NCBI GenBank assembly: GCA_002633005.1
Contig: NMRA01000256.1
Span: 176,068 to 240,067 of the forward strand
DNA from: Phoronis australis
Taxonomy: Eukaryota > Animalia > Phoronida
Direction of reading: 5' to 3'
DNA: 64,000 bases
Part shown: piece after piece, positions 49,131 to 63,955 of the stretch
Numbering within the stretch: position 1 is the first letter of the stretch
How the letters are laid out: each line of letters opens with the position of its first letter
The notes under the pieces: generated by a model
Seen by the model: the letters and a program-made list of their open reading frames with translations, nothing else
What the model was told of the DNA's origin: nothing
Databases searched by the model: none
Translations under genes and position numbers: made by a program

Positions 49131-51229
49131 GGAGTAAATTCAATATTGAGGTGGCTGTCTTCTCATGAAATTAACCCAAAGACCCCTCGTAGAACTAGTT
49201 ACAAGACCTCGGGCCTAATCTTTGGAAGGCCCTTAGCTAGTCATAATTAGCACTCTTTCACTGATGGCTGCATTCATTTTATTATGAGGCCCGGTCTAAG
49301 CAGCCGCTCATGTCGCCCGTAGCCACCTCGACCAAATCTCGACTGAGGGGAACGTTAAGTTATTTTACCGTGTATCAAAATTACTGCACACAAATGCAAT
49401 GCCTTTTGAACAATTGGAACACTGGGGGACGTTTTCTAATGGATGCACTGAAGTGTACACTAATAATTATGTATTTCTAATGCACTAACTACTTCACGAG
49501 TAACCCAACTAACAGTGCCATGGTACTGCCGGGTAGCTCATGATAACCTGGGAGTAATATACTCCCTAGTAGGGAGTGGAAACTTTGATATTGGTCCTAG
49601 CTATAACCTGTAAATTCAACTATGCGGTGCCGTTTTTCTCCCTCCAATATACAAAGAAAACGATTAGCGTGTTCTCTATAGCTGTATCGAGGTGGATTCC
49701 CATATACCTGGTGGGAACAGACGGCTACCGTGACCATAGCGGTGCCGCTGATCCGCATTGAGGATTTCATACATCCATCGGCAAGTCAACTGAAGGCGAT
49801 ATTTAGTACTGCGTTACGGGCTGGATTCGAATGAAAATGACAGACAAATTTTGTATACTTACCTTTGCACCATGCAATTCCGCCGGTGGCCAACGCGCAC
49901 ATAAATAAATGTCATGGACAATGCCGTAAATATTGAGTTCACCCGTCACCGCATGAATAAGTTTGAATAGAATGGATGTGGACGTTGTTATAATCGATGA
50001 CAACGAATCACAGGCCGCTCTCGTCTGTTTCCTTGTCCGAGGAGCACCACCCAAACCATTGGTAATTTCCTTTGCATTTCAGTAAAATTCACACTTTCGG
50101 TGCTCCAAATGGTGGAACTGGTGATTAATTCTCAACTGAAATTGGGAAATTACTCATAACTGGCATTTACTTTGTGAGTGCTACTCCGAACAGTAGGCTG
50201 TGCATTCTGACTCAACATGAGCCACTCTGACAGTTGGAACTCAGGGACAGGCACGGAGAAGTGGCTCGGGTGCCCCAATAAGCTACTTTTGAATTCTCAT
50301 AAAATTTGGGGAAAAAGTGCTACTCAGTGCCTATCGGAACTAAATGCTTAAAATAAATTCGGATAACACATGACAAGATCTATATCTCTGCGTCCAGTAG
50401 GTCACATTAAAAGACAGTTATTTGGCATAGCCAGAACCCGAATCAATGAACTGACCTGGTTAGTCTGCATTTCTCTAGAATGGAGATTTTAAATGTACGA
50501 AATGTGTGATGACAAGCTTTGGTTTTCAAATTCAAGTGATACCAACTGATTACCGTAACCAGTCGTGTCATCTATAACAATCCTTTAGCACGCTCGCTAA
50601 TGAATCTCGGCTTGTAATCCTAGCTGTAGAAAAATCAAAAACCGTGACTGAAGTAGTGTGCTTTCGCAGCGGACAGCTTTGACCCTCACGTAATCCATCC
50701 CTGCTATCAAACCAATGGCCTTACAAAACAAGGCATGCATATGCATTCGTTTAAAAATTACGACAGTCTTTTTTAGTACTTTAAACGTGATTTTTGTTAT
50801 TAACGGATATCAACGTTTAACAATGTTTTGGAAACAGCAATGCTTTGCAAACTCTTGCAAATCCTTACCTCATTGAGTTTGATTCAGATTGCTTTGGCGA
50901 GTTGGACGACTGCGTTGAGAGACCGACTTGCCTCAAACAACTATTTATGACAAATGGGAGGACCACGTTTTAGTTGAAAGGGAGCAATGGTTTCATCTTT
51001 CCTAGTGTTTGGTTAGTGAACATTGCACACTGGCAGGTGACGGAAATAATATCAATCAATTCATTTCTGTAATCATACCGTGAATAATATGCTTACAAGG
51101 AAGTCTCACATGTCTAGAGATATACGTGAATTTTCATCGCTCGTCCTTCTGAGCGGCCTCTACCAGGATCAATGAGAGCGCAAAATACCACATCTCACGA
51201 TTTCTCAGGGGCCGGACCTCCGTTTCTAA

Positions 51230-51850
51230 ACATCATAAATTTAATAAGTTTACAGACATGCTCCATTCCTGACAGAACTTATTTAAAGCACACAGTAGTT
51301 TTTGCAGTTAACTGGAGCGTAAGCGCACAAGGTCGTATCGTCGGCATAACTGTATGACAATACTTTTACATCAGAGACATTTTGACTTAAAAATACCATC
51401 GTCATTACTAGAGTGGATACATTCTATAAATTCATTCAAATACAATGTAAACAAAAGAGGGCCTAACAAACAACCTTGCCTAGTGCCAATATTGAAATCA
51501 AAAGCAGCAATTTTACCAGTCCGCGCTCTCACAAACGTCCGAAGTTTGCTATACGTTGATTGTAAAGTTTTTAAAAAATCACCTTGAACTCCAACATTTT
51601 TTAATCTGAGCCAAAGCAACTGATGGGGAATATTGTTTAATGCTTTAGAAAAATCAGTGAATGCACAGTAGAAACGATGTCCTTGTTTGCTTATGTACTT
51701 TTGAACTATAGTTGACAATGTAAAAATTTGGTCGACAGTGCTGTATACCTTTCGGAACCTTGCTTGACATTCAAACAATTTAATATTCTCCATGGCCCAA
51801 TCAGTAAGGCGCACATTCAAATTTTTGTAAAAAAGTTTCCAATCACTGGC
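51230..51850 (-). mobile_element. Decayed LINE reverse transcriptase fragment
   Basis: ORF 51371-51904: QARFRKVYSTVDQIFTL, AFTDFSKA, IGTRQGCLLGPLLFTLYLNEF (non-LTR RT motifs); truncated. Probably the same clade as 16.8-18.3 kb. Confidence 0.85.
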
Positions 51851-54800
51851 AGAAGTAAAATGATCACCGAAACGTGTTAGCCACGGTGTTACGGCGGTCT
51901 TCATTACTGGAACAGATGTTGCCGAGAACTGACCATTGTCCGCTAATGTATAATAATATTTTGTGAGTGAGATAATTGTTGATGTGTCATCCTGATTATA
52001 ATGAAAAATCTAAGTTAATCAAATGCGTCTGGACATTTCTAGCTTGCTTCAGTTACGGTGAATAATGCTACAGTTCAACATTGGAACCAATATGAGTATT
52101 CGCTTAGGTCCAACTAACTGGAGTTGGCCGAAAACACAGAATATCAGGAACAAGATGCATCATTAGGCCCATGTTATCGCCAGATCGACCAGTTACGTGC
52201 CCATTGGTAAGAAAAATTCTCTCTTGGAGCCGTCTGAATTGCGCCGAAACACTACTCAATTGTGATATTCCGCCGTTTGTTAGAAAATAATTGGAATTGT
52301 ATCAACTGAATCGCGTTTTGTGCCGAGAAAAGAAGTACGGAACAAATTATATAAGAGTATAGGAACAAATTATATAAGAGTCTAGAAAAAATGTCCAAAC
52401 TTGGAGCATCATATCTAATAAATGATTTATAAGATTCAAATGAAACTTTCAGATATTATGCTCTATACTATGTAAATGACTGTTTTTCAAAGGATTATTG
52501 GGAATTGTTTTTAAGATGGGTCACTTTTGCAAGATGGGCTATGATTGAAACAGAAACAAAACAATGAGTTTAAAAACTATAACAGCGTTTTTTGAGCTTT
52601 CATGAAAACATATATCAAATGAAAATTGGTCATGTGATTGATTGCCTTGATTTGCATTGAATATATCTTTAATTTCTTTTTTGCTAAAGTTTACTGAAGA
52701 CTGGTCACATTACATAATCAATCACAGTTTGCATAATTGATATGAAGTCAAACATCAAATTCTACAGGCTTTCTGTTTCAGGAAATTTATATCTGTTTGA
52801 GTTGAAGTTTAAGTTTTGTAGATGTTAAGTTGGGGAAATACACAAGGTTGTCGATAAGGTTCCACATAACCTGATGAAATAAGGACCGACGAGCGCTCTT
52901 TGAGGGAGAGTTGTCTAGATGTACCTACTGGCCATGAATAAGCATAGACATCGAGCTATAAATGTATTGTAATCGATTTGACTGTCGTTTTTCCTGACTG
53001 TATTATAAGCACAGTGTTATCGACTGCTTCTAGCACGCCGAGTAGTTTTCTGATTGCTGACTAAGTGTTACAACCTCTTAGATGTCATGTAAACAGGCCA
53101 CACAGTGCCCAGAAACACTCCGACTTTGTTTATCGGAGAAGACAGCTAGTAAAGAAATCTTTCTCCGGTGTATTCTTCCTTTGTTTGTTTTGTAGAAAAC
53201 AAACAGCGGTGTGCAAACACATCTTTTGTATTATCAAGAGGGCAATTTCCGGTGGAAGAATAGGACCTTCAAAGCATTTTACATTTGTGTGGTTTTGTTT
53301 ATGTAGAATCTGATCGACTAGTCTGTACATTTAGCCAAATATCTAGAGCATCATGGGATTGAACTCATCAAAAGTACATCTTTTCCGAAAGGATAAATTC
53401 TGACTTTACACCAATCGTGACATTAATTAGGTCACTTGACATTATCTTTTGATGGAAATTTAGCGAAAGGGGTGCAACAGGATCAATATAAATGTTCTAG
53501 ATAAGTTCTCAAAGAAGCTGTTACAAAATTCCAAATTATCGTTTCATTTTCGACATGTAACTATAATTTTTTCATCAAAATCATATCCGACTCCTGGTTT
53601 TTAATAGCCTCTCAATATTCAACAGCGGGATAAAAAACAGTTCATAATATCATATTAGAGGACAGTATTATCTGAAAGTTTTATATGAATACGATCAACA
53701 GTTTCTGAGATAGATGTTCCGAAGTCGGACAAAATCCGGCGGACAATTCTCTATGGTCCCACAAAACCTTAAGTGGCGCCGTCTCTTGATCGTGGCTCAG
53801 ATTACGTAAATACGCAAAATGATACTTATAAAGGGGGCTAAATTTACTCTTTTTACTTCTTCTGGCGGTCATCAGTGAGAGCCCCATGTCTAAAATTAGC
53901 CTGTGCCCGGACTACAACAATCACCTTTTCGTCGATAAAGCCTTACCCAAAGTTGTAAAACGTCATGTTGCCGTGCCCCTTTTTGCTTCGAAATAAAAGT
54001 ACAGTACCTCTATAGGCCTACCGTGTAAATCAATTCAGATCGGGTGGTATCACTGAATTGTAACTTCGCCGTTTTCACTTTTTTCTGTACTGAGCAGCAC
54101 AGACTTTTTGACTTATTCTACCTTTGCTACACACCCAATTATCGGGGGGAGGGGGGCACATATGTGACTAGTCACTTGGGGAGGAATCCAGTGCACTCAC
54201 TGCATTTAACGTTGTGCCACGCTATTTGCGTTCACCCCACTCGCGACCACCGATTTTGTGCTCGCTCAATGCCCAACTCATCAGGCGGCATCCGTTTCGC
54301 CAGTATCAGTTCAAAATCACAATAGCCCTAACCGTAACTCTCTGCAACAGGGTGCGCCCCCTCCACACACCTGAAATGAGTAACAACCAATTCCACCACG
54401 ATTTCGGTGCAGCTTGCCAGTTTCGTATTGTCACTATAGCACAATTTCCACGTCAAAAACATAAGATATTCATTGAAAACCAGTTTATTTGACGGATTTT
54501 TCACAGTGCACCATTACAAATTAAGTAAACCCCCAATCGATAACTTACATCAAAACATTCATTAAAACACACAGTGTGACCACATTCCGTATGAGCGCAT
54601 TAGAAAAAATTAAGTGGGCCACTACACTCGGTTATTACAAATACAACAGTAATGGGTGGTTAAGCGCTTGTGGCCAAATAAAACTGAAGACACCGCTGAC
54701 GTCTTCTGCCAGACACAGTCATGACGCTGGCAGATTACACTGCACTCGGTTAACAACTACAATGTCAAGGACCAAAGCCAAAACATCAAATGGATCATAC

Positions 54801-57541
54801 AGTACTATAAGTCATTTTACAACTGCTACCAAATGATGCAGCGAGATCAGTAATGACTAACGAGAAAAATCCGACACTTAATTTACTTAATACAAACGGG
54901 ACATTTTGACGGACGCTGTGGATAGCTACTATACTATACAGTCAACGCCGCGGGGACACTAGAATTGGGTGACTATAGCGAGGTATCTGCGGATGGTCAT
55001 ACTAGAAGAGCAGAAAGTAATCAGAATATTGCTAACCGATCTTACGACCTGAAATCTGTCTTTGGCATTTCTACAGAGATAAAGGTTTCAAAATTTCCCC
55101 TCATTACCCATGAGCTTTTGTAGGCAAGGTTGGCAACACTCGAGTTTGGTGTAGCAAGATTACACACAGCTATAGACGCTGGATAACATGACCTTGGGGT
55201 CTCATCTCTGTACTCGAAAATTAACTAATTGTATGTCACCTTTAATGTAAACTTACAGATTTGTATTCCATAGTGCAACATGATTGGTTAAAATTCGAGT
55301 ATCAGTGATCCTAGACCCTGAAGGTGTTGTTAGCAAAATCTTTAGATTTGAGATTGTGTGTACCACACCAGTAAGAAGACAATGCCCTTTGCAAATGAAT
55401 ACACGAAAAACCAAACTACATTGTCTGCTGTTTGACTCACTCCACACAGAGCATTACAGAGTCTAATGTACGATTCCTAAAACTGAAAAGTGATCCTGCA
55501 TTTAAACCAGCACTGCAATCAACAGTGGCTAAAGATATAAATTCATAACAACGGGTGTCTCTAAATCATTACAGCCTTCTGTTAAAATTGCTGGTGGTCC
55601 CCTTTGCACTAATTTTTATTGCCATGCCTACAATTCTGAGGTACGGAAATTATATTGTACCTGGTTAAAGATAAATTAAAAAACTTTCAGCATGCATGGG
55701 TACTGTAAATTCGCATGAACAACATATACACATTCACAGTGCTCTGCTTGGACACCAGACACGATGCCTGGTAAATAGACAGCATCAACAAAAGCTTTTC
55801 AATTTGAAAACACTGGACATTGCACTGGATGCCAACTGCAGAACTGAAACATGTGGCACATAACAACTGTTTTGCTGTAACCTATTAAAGATAATACGCA
55901 GCTAGAGTTAAAGTAATGTAAAGTCATTGACCACTATCCTTAGCTATTGTTCATTTGAGAGACAAGCTTATTTACAACAGACCGTCCGCTATATTGCAAA
56001 TAACATCCTGTGAAATACAACGTACTGCGGTCAATCTTCATCAACATTTTTCCCAACCCAAAAATCACATCTAAGCCCAGTAACATACAAAACAAAGTCA
56101 CTGTTGCAAAAAAAGAGCAGTTTAATTCAAAAGTTAATGCTTCTGACAACTAATTACTGAGGACGAGCAAACTGGGGAGAAATGAAAGCAACCCAATTTC
56201 GTAGGAAGACTCAGCTCTGCTTTGTACACACATCTCAATTATGCATCATCATGATTTCGTCATTCTTAAGCCATTTACATATTATCTTAGGCAATTAAAC
56301 ATATTTAACACCTGTGCGAAGGCACATTCTCAACAATTAAGCCATAACAAATCCCTGCATGTAACTTGCATCTAATCGTGCAAGATTTCCTGTGAATAAC
56401 CCTGGACAATATTCCCAAAAGACTAACTATATCTTATTTTTTCTCCTTTTTACAACAGATGTCAGACCCAGTACAGGCCAAATATCAGACAAAAACATTT
56501 TTCCTATCCTATTGGTGTACCTCAGGAGTAAATTCCACTTGCATTTAGCAGCCAAGACCCTGTGAGTTCCAGGTCATTTTGTCTGATTATTTTGGCATAT
56601 ACTGTAAATCCATAGCAGAAGACAATAAACCAGATCATCACCAAAGCAACGACAAAAACACCTGTGAATACATTCAACAATTTACCCAAGAAAACAAAAC
56701 AAAACACGATCTTTCCGATTGGAAACTGAAAAGGTTCATTTCTGATAACAAGTGAAAAATTCACCATGCAGCCAAGTAAATTACATCTAACGGGCCCAAA
56801 ATTTTTGTTTATTCCAAGAGAAAACTTGGGGAAAATTTATCATACTTTGCCATGTCTTACAACACAACAACAAAAACTGTACAATGTTGTTTAGATAGCA
56901 GCATTTATTGACTGCAGCTTATTCTATGTACAAGTCAAAATAGATTTACAACATTCGGGCACTAGCTCCACCTAGTGGTCTTATTCAGAGATACTATTCA
57001 ACCCTTGACAACCATTAATATTAACATTCTTAACAGCATGGATAGGAATTACGCCTACAGAAACCCTCAAAAATAAACCAACAGTATCCAAGGGCTGTGT
57101 ATCTACGATCCCTTCACCTAATTTTATTCATAAACTTTGTATTAAGTCCACGAGAAATACTGAAAAGTTGATGAAAAGTCAACAAGATTCCAGTATCTTT
57201 CAAAATTTTTTAGCTATTCCTGGTTGTTAACCTTGAGAAAAATCCAGGACACAGTCAAATAAAAAGTGGCAGATCACTGTTCAAAAGTCAACTAAATCAA
57301 ACTATCTATGACTCTTTAACCAATACTTGTTTGTGACCTTTTATAAAAGTCCAGAGGAAATACATGAAGACAGGTCACCCAAAACACAACAAAAACTAGA
57401 AAATCTATGCCTTTCTGCCTATCCTTTTCTAATGAACTTTGTACAAAGTCTAAAAGACATGGATAAAATTGGCAAATTTAACAAAAGTCAACAAAATCCT
57501 TCAAGTATCAAAGCCTCCCATATCTATCTTCGCATGTAAAC

Positions 57542-60500
57542 TTAGTAGAACCTTTTCCTTGCATTTTCCTGTTTCTTCTGAAAGATGACGAACCCGACCA
57601 TGGCACACACACCCAGCCCCACGACTAGTAAGAGAATGATAATGAAGAGTCTCCAGCCAGAGAGACGACTTAACATGAATGCACCTTTAGGGTCGTCCAC
57701 GTGATCTGCAACAAGATCGTAAAATTACACAATGAATATTACAAGTTATTAGTAAGACTGTGAGAGCATATAAATACGCTGTTGTAATTCAGTGCTAAGA
57801 TGTAGTTATAGTTATAAGGTGACTTGACGTAATCAGTAGAGGGAGTACTTAAGAGACTATGGAAAAATCTCACTAATCTGGACAAAAATAATTAACAACA
57901 TTGCTCTTTTTCATTTTCAAGGGTTTATATTATTGCTGTGAATGCCTCCAACCTCTGAAAATATAGTCAGGGGATAGCTACAGTATAGAACTAGGACATG
58001 GAAAATAACTAGATGATACATAACATTTATGAAAAAATGAGGAGAAAATTTTCAGCCATCTGCCATATTGTGTCCTAAATTGGTGACATTTTAATACAAT
58101 GTTCACTGTATCATAACACTAGTCTGTAACCTCGACCAACAGCCTCGGGGAAGTCATGTGTCTGGTTGGGCTTGTGCTGAAGGCTTTGTGTGTTTGACAA
58201 TTAGAGCTGAAGTCTGACATTTGAAACAAAGTAATGTTCTGTTGTACCTCTCATCAAATGTCAAAAGAATGGAGCAAATTTTTGAAGTTGGCAGGCTGAA
58301 TAGGTTTCAGGGCAAACTGGTCCATCTTTGAGAATAAGTGGGTAGACTTTTACACCAATTGACCCACGTACTAAACAGAAGATGAAGTTCAAAACTGTTA
58401 AAAGCAATGAGAATCAAAAGGCCTGAAAAAGCTCGACAGCAATTTGAAATCAATAAAAATCAGACTTAAAACTTGCTGATTTGGCAAATAAATAATGCAT
58501 ATTACATAATATTAAGAGTGGCAACGAAAAACAGCAAAGCTATACAATATTTGAATACTGAATTTTTTAAAAACTCACAAAAGGTGACAATTACCTCAAA
58601 TTACCAGTCAGCAATCTCTTACTTCTGATCTAATGATCATTACATCAATTTCTAACTTTCAACGCACATGGAAGTCGTTCTTGAGAAAAAGACAAACTAA
58701 AAGCAATGGACTTAAAGTACCCTGATTGTGCAAGATAAATTCCCTCGTGAAAACCAAGGCAACAACCAGGAGCATGACATCTCACCGTGATATTTCAATG
58801 TTTCAGTTTCATCACTGTTTAAGCTTAAAGTGAATTTCTTGAGTCTGCGTGTAACGTGCAAAGTAACGCGATACTGCAAGGTTGTGTAAACATTTTTAGC
58901 AGTTTTCAACTAAAAACTGACAAATGCCAGCTCTTGAAAAGGCAAACATTTGGAGCTAAAGTTCACAAAAACTTCTATTTTCATAGTTATAAACGTAGCT
59001 TCATTGAAACTAAAGAAAAGTCAACAAAAATCATCAATGTCCTTGAAAACTACTAGAGGACAGGTCGAGTGCTTACGGTGAGGCCACAAAGTATAGTTGA
59101 TTCTGGTCTCATTTTTTTAAATCGAGTCGGTGGTGCGGTATTTTTTTAGTTGCTCACTAATCCAACAAAAAACTCTACATGATCGCTTGGCAAATCATAG
59201 CATTTCAAATCTTACTTACTCTTGGTTATAAACCTTGGCTGAAATTGATGTGGGCGAGCCTATTTTTAGTTGTTAACCTCAGGTCTCAAAATGAGTCAGG
59301 GGACAGACCAGAACCAAGATACTTGTCTGGCACAATGAACAGGTTCAGATGTGACATATCCACTTGGCTGCTGAGGGTAAAAAGCTTAGAAACAAATTAT
59401 AGCTACGGCCCGGCACACACAAAGAGATACGTGTTAAGGTAACAACCTCGACTGCCAGTAAGCTAGGCGCGTAAATTGATGCTGGTTACCTGCAAAGAGC
59501 AAGGAAAGTGCTCAATGAAAAATGTCAGCTGGGCAAGTTTATTGTCTTATTTTCACTACTTAAAGGGACACTAAACTTTGTTTTGGTGATTACACCCAAA
59601 CATTGTTCTGTTCTCTGATAACGCACTTTTGGTGTGATACTTGGATGATGAGGCCAGTATTCAACTCATAAGATGGATCCTGTGGTTTTTGGTGGGTAGT
59701 TTTACTCCACAGTTATTGTGCAACTCATCAAATGTGTTAGTCACACTTGTCGGTTCAGCAGGCTTAACAAAGACTTTCAAACTTGCTCTAAACTTTTGAG
59801 AGCTGACGAGACCATAATTTAATAATATCAGAGCTTGATGACAAAAGTTGATATTGATATCAGTTAATACGCCACAACAGGGTTTAGTATCCTTTTAAAG
59901 TAAGGGACAAACAATTCATTCTACCGCGTTCCCTGCACATAACAGAACCCCTCTCGAAGGTGACATCACAATGTCACAGGACTGAATGGTTAAATGTTAT
60001 TTAGCAAAGCTAATTAGCCAAGCTTTCAGCTCATCTTGCCCAGTACTCTGAGGATTTGGGCTTGTGAGTTAAAAAAACAAAACAAATATGGGATGTACAC
60101 CTCCTGCACATGTGGAGGAATACCATAATCACAGATGATTAGACGTAGATGTGAGCCATGTGCTTAACTTACTGCCAGCTGAAGCAGCTGGCTAAGTGCA
60201 TAGTTCATAGTCTGGGCCAGGTCTAAACTCAACTATCAAAGTCATGCTGCCATAGGATAAAAGGAAACCACTGCCACTGCTAGCTGACCCCCATGAAAAT
60301 ATGCGCCATGTATTGAGCAGCAAATATAAGTGAAAAAGCCAAGATCTAGAATAAAGAGATGTCTGGAAAACAAGCAAAACAGCAGTCAACATTCCTGTAT
60401 AGCTCTGTACTGTAAAATCTCACCAATTTCGGGAAGAACACCTGCCAAAAATTGCCCCTTCTTTCAGTTTTCAAGGGCTTTTAACATAGCTGTGCATAGT

Positions 60501-63187
60501 GATTGTGAATGCCCATGATTTTTCAAATGATGCAGAGTCTGAACACAGAAAAGCAGTAATTTGGTGCTGAACATCTTTTAGGAAAAAATGACAAAACAAA
60601 ATTTCAATTGCTATACGGTGTCCTATATTGGTGAGATTTTCCCCGTATTAAATTTTGACTGCAACCCATGTGGTGCAATTACTGATTTTGCTCCCTAGTA
60701 CACCACCTGTGAGGTCGGCCACATGCTCTACAAAATTTACAAATATCAGACATTACTTTTAAGTAGTAAGCATCTTGCTGAGCCCAGGTTGATAATTTGC
60801 ACTCAGCCTTAACATACAAGTCATTGTTATTGAATTTCACAATTATTATTACAAATGTTACTAATTTTAGAATCCTGGTAAATAAACGTCAACCTATGTT
60901 CCATGGTGCTCTATATGAAAAAATTATAAAACCAACATAGGGATGAACATGGCAGCTGTTGGGTGGATGCTAAATAATATATTGCAGTCCTAGAAGGGGG
61001 ATAGACTGAGAAAATCCTAGAAAAGGTGGTTGTTGACTAAAGGTGGACACACTGGGACATGTTCCGACAATGCCAGTCACTAGCAAGTCAAAGCTAGTGA
61101 GAGGACAAGCTCCTCCTGACACACAAGGCAGTATGTCACTCGCCTTATCGAACACTTCTCCAATCCAGAAAAAACAAGATTTGAAAATCCAAAAGTACGA
61201 TGCACCAGGGTGATGAAATATAACATGAAGCCAAGTGGGAAAATGGACTTCACATCCACACATCTGACAAATGTCTGGCCCCAACTGAGACATCACCCAT
61301 ATACACAGATATTTCCAACCAAAACTACAAGGCCAATGGACTGATTTCTTCCAAAGTGCCCACAAGTATGCAAAAACAGTCAACACAAAAATACATCAGG
61401 GGGCACTGTAACACAAAGGATGACTTGAGAAACTCAAGCCTCGGGTTCTAGACAATTATTTTCAAAAATAATTTAATCCCACTCATAAGTATGGAGTTTC
61501 TGAGAATTGCTAAATTTTATTGATTAAAATAAATTACATTCACCTTTTTGTACAATGACAGGAGGCAGTGTGGTCTAGTGGGTCGAGTGCCTGCCTCATG
61601 TTCTCTAGGTCGAAGGTTCTTATCCCACTGGACCCCACTGCTCAGTCTTCATTTGCGTATATGTCTATGTGTGTTATATGTAATGTTAAAACAATAACAA
61701 GAGCAACGCAGAGCGTTGAAATGCGCCCACAATTGCACCGCATACGGTATCCTTCTAGGGTTGTTTATTGGTACCATAAAGTGGCCAGTAGAGAGCATAT
61801 ATGTAGTATGTTGTACTTTGCAAAATGGAAAATCATGGTCATTGTCTCCTCAATAGGCTAGGGGCAAAATGTGAGTAATCTTCATAATACAAGCACATCC
61901 TATACACCAGATGCTTAAAGCACCACAGAAACATAAAATTAAAAACAAATTTACCAACATACGAGATTAGCACAGCATTAGAATGCCAGAAACAAATTTC
62001 TACTTGGAACTTTTCCTTCATAGTCACGAAGTAACACAAAGTACACACCTGAAGAAAATACAGAGGTCAATGTAAAATACTAAAATTGCCACTAGAGGCA
62101 AATACTAAAATTGCCACTAGAGGAATACCGGTAGTCAGAATCATCCTAAAGTCGTCATCGTCCGTTGTCAACATCACATAAATACACTTGCTAAATTTAG
62201 TAAAGATCCTGCAAACGGTTTGGGAGATACAGCCATGGGCGCAAAAAAAACAAAACTACCACTAGGAGGCGCCACAGTAGTCCAAATCATCTGAAAATCA
62301 TTGTCAGCTGTCTTCCTTATAGTAAGCACATACACGCCAATTTTCACAATCATCCTTTGAGCGGTTTGGTTGATAGAGGGGTGGACGCAAAAATACAGAC
62401 TCGAAAACAGTAAAAATGGCCACTAGGTGGCGCAAACTATGTCGAATCCATCTGAAAACAGGAGGATAGCGTCATCTCACTAATAGGTGCCTACATACCA
62501 AATTTCATGAAAATCCGTTCAGGACTTTTGAAGATACAAAGGTAAGCGTAAAAAACTAAAATTGCCACTAGGGGGCACACCGGTAGTCGGATCCGTCTGA
62601 AAGTTCGCACATGCCGTCCCATTCATGAATGGAACATATGTGCCAAATTTCATGAACGTATGTCAAAGGGTTTTGGAGATAGAGCAGTGGACGCCGGACG
62701 CCAGACGCAGGACGCCGGACGGACGCCGCCCGGACGGACGGACGGACAGAGATGACGGCATAATGCATCCACATATAAATATGTGGGCGCATAAAAATGG
62801 GTTCATGGGTTCGATGCAGTAGCCCAGCTGACCGGCCTTCGCACGTCTAGTGCAACATGTACCAGCTCACCTGCACCAGTTTTGTTGCTAATCTGTCATG
62901 TGATATTAATTACATAAGCAACATATGATATTTAGGAAAAGAGAAAAGGGCACGTAACCCAAAAATTTTACTTAAGCCTAAAACCACTTTTCATGGAATG
63001 GAGTCAGAATCTTCCTTTCACACCAATGTGAAATCGTGTTAAACAACTCATATGATAACCCAGGTATGTACTAGCCAGACTTCATGTTGCAAGGTCACAC
63101 TATCCAACGCTCAATAACCTTACCTCTAGGAGGAGCAAAGAACGAAGCGGAGGGAGAGATCTTGCTGTAGTCTTCCTCATTTTTATC
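57542..63187 (-). CDS. LMAN2: VIP36-type L-type lectin (vesicular integral-membrane protein), last two coding exons; 5' part lies beyond the window
   Basis: Exon 63124-63187 (DKNEEDYSKISPSASFFAPPR) splices in phase 1 to exon 57542-57705 (DHVDDPKGAFMLSRLSGWRLFIIILLLVVGLGVCAMVGFVIFQKKQENARKRFY*). This closely matches the VIP36 stalk, TM and KRFY tail. Not in the ORF track. Confidence 0.92.
61561..61790 (+). mobile_element. tRNA-derived SINE
   Basis: Pol III A box TGGTCTAGTGG and B-box-like GGTTCTTATCCC. The body GAAATGCGCCCAC...GTACCATAAA is also present at about 39880-39962. Confidence 0.6.
62050..62796 (+). mobile_element. HINE-like element (best-preserved copy)
   Basis: Subunits with CCACTAGGAGGCGC, CCACTAGGTGGCGC and CCACTAGGGGGCAC; (GGAC)n tract; terminal hairpin GCATCCACATATAAATATGTGGGCGC. 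Confidence 0.65.
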
Positions 63188-63743
63188 CTGGAAAACAGAT
63201 TTAAACAGAACTTCGACAAACATAGTCTAAAGAGTAACAGAAAAAACAGCAGCAGCTGAAAATAATAAGACAGGAAATAATTATCTGACATTCAGTCAGC
63301 ACAACCATTTCAAAAATGTATCCTGGGACAAGACCAACAAATTCCAAATACAAAGTCAACACTATTTACTGAAGATGTGTAGCAGTGCTCAACAATGATT
63401 TGGAAACACTCCTTTTTTATAAACCACGGTTATGCAGGACCAACAAGCCAAATATAAATAAAACAAAAATACACTGGACTCAGAAAAAGTAATATTTTTC
63501 AAAAGTAGAATACCTGTAGAATTGGATTTTTCCACCAGTCTGTCACTGATTGGGTCACATGACCATGTACTTTTAATAAAATTTAGCAACAAAGGCAAAG
63601 TGATAGCAAATGGGTATTAAGAAAATGATCAGATTTTCTTTGATACAAATGTTCAAGTTGAAATCTCAAAGAAGTCCATGTCGCAACATGTTAGTGAATA
63701 AAAGAAAGTATGCTATGGATTTGGTTTGAGCTCTCACCGGCGC

Positions 63744-63955
63744 TAAACAGTTAAACGTCGGATGCCTGTTTTATCTGCAGACGGACCATTTCAAGTGACT
63801 ATAACCTCTCACTGAGGCTAAATAGTTAAATACCAGATGCCTATTTCATTTGAAGGACTATTTCAAATACACTATAACATCTCACTGAGACTAAACAGTT
63901 CAATGTCAGATGTCTATTTCATGTGGAAATGGACTATTTCAAGTGGTTGTAACCC
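63744..63955. repeat. About 74-bp tandem repeat, 3 diverged copies
   Basis: CTAAACAGTT...GATGCCT...GGACTATTTCAA...CTCACTGAG recurs. Confidence 0.7.

Noticed and set aside
56522-56767. Hydrophobic 81-aa ORF resembling a membrane protein
   Set aside because: T-rich sequence within 1 kb downstream of the LMAN2 stop, probably 3' UTR; no recognisable motif or splice context.
60970-61400. 138-aa ORF or possible LINE remnant in the LMAN2 intron
   Set aside because: No convincing motif in any frame; cannot be assigned.
61561-61640. tRNA gene
   Set aside because: A/B boxes are present but there is no proper cloverleaf, and it continues into a dispersed repeat body; called a SINE. The same applies to weak tRNA-like traces near 37020-37075 and 47850-47900.
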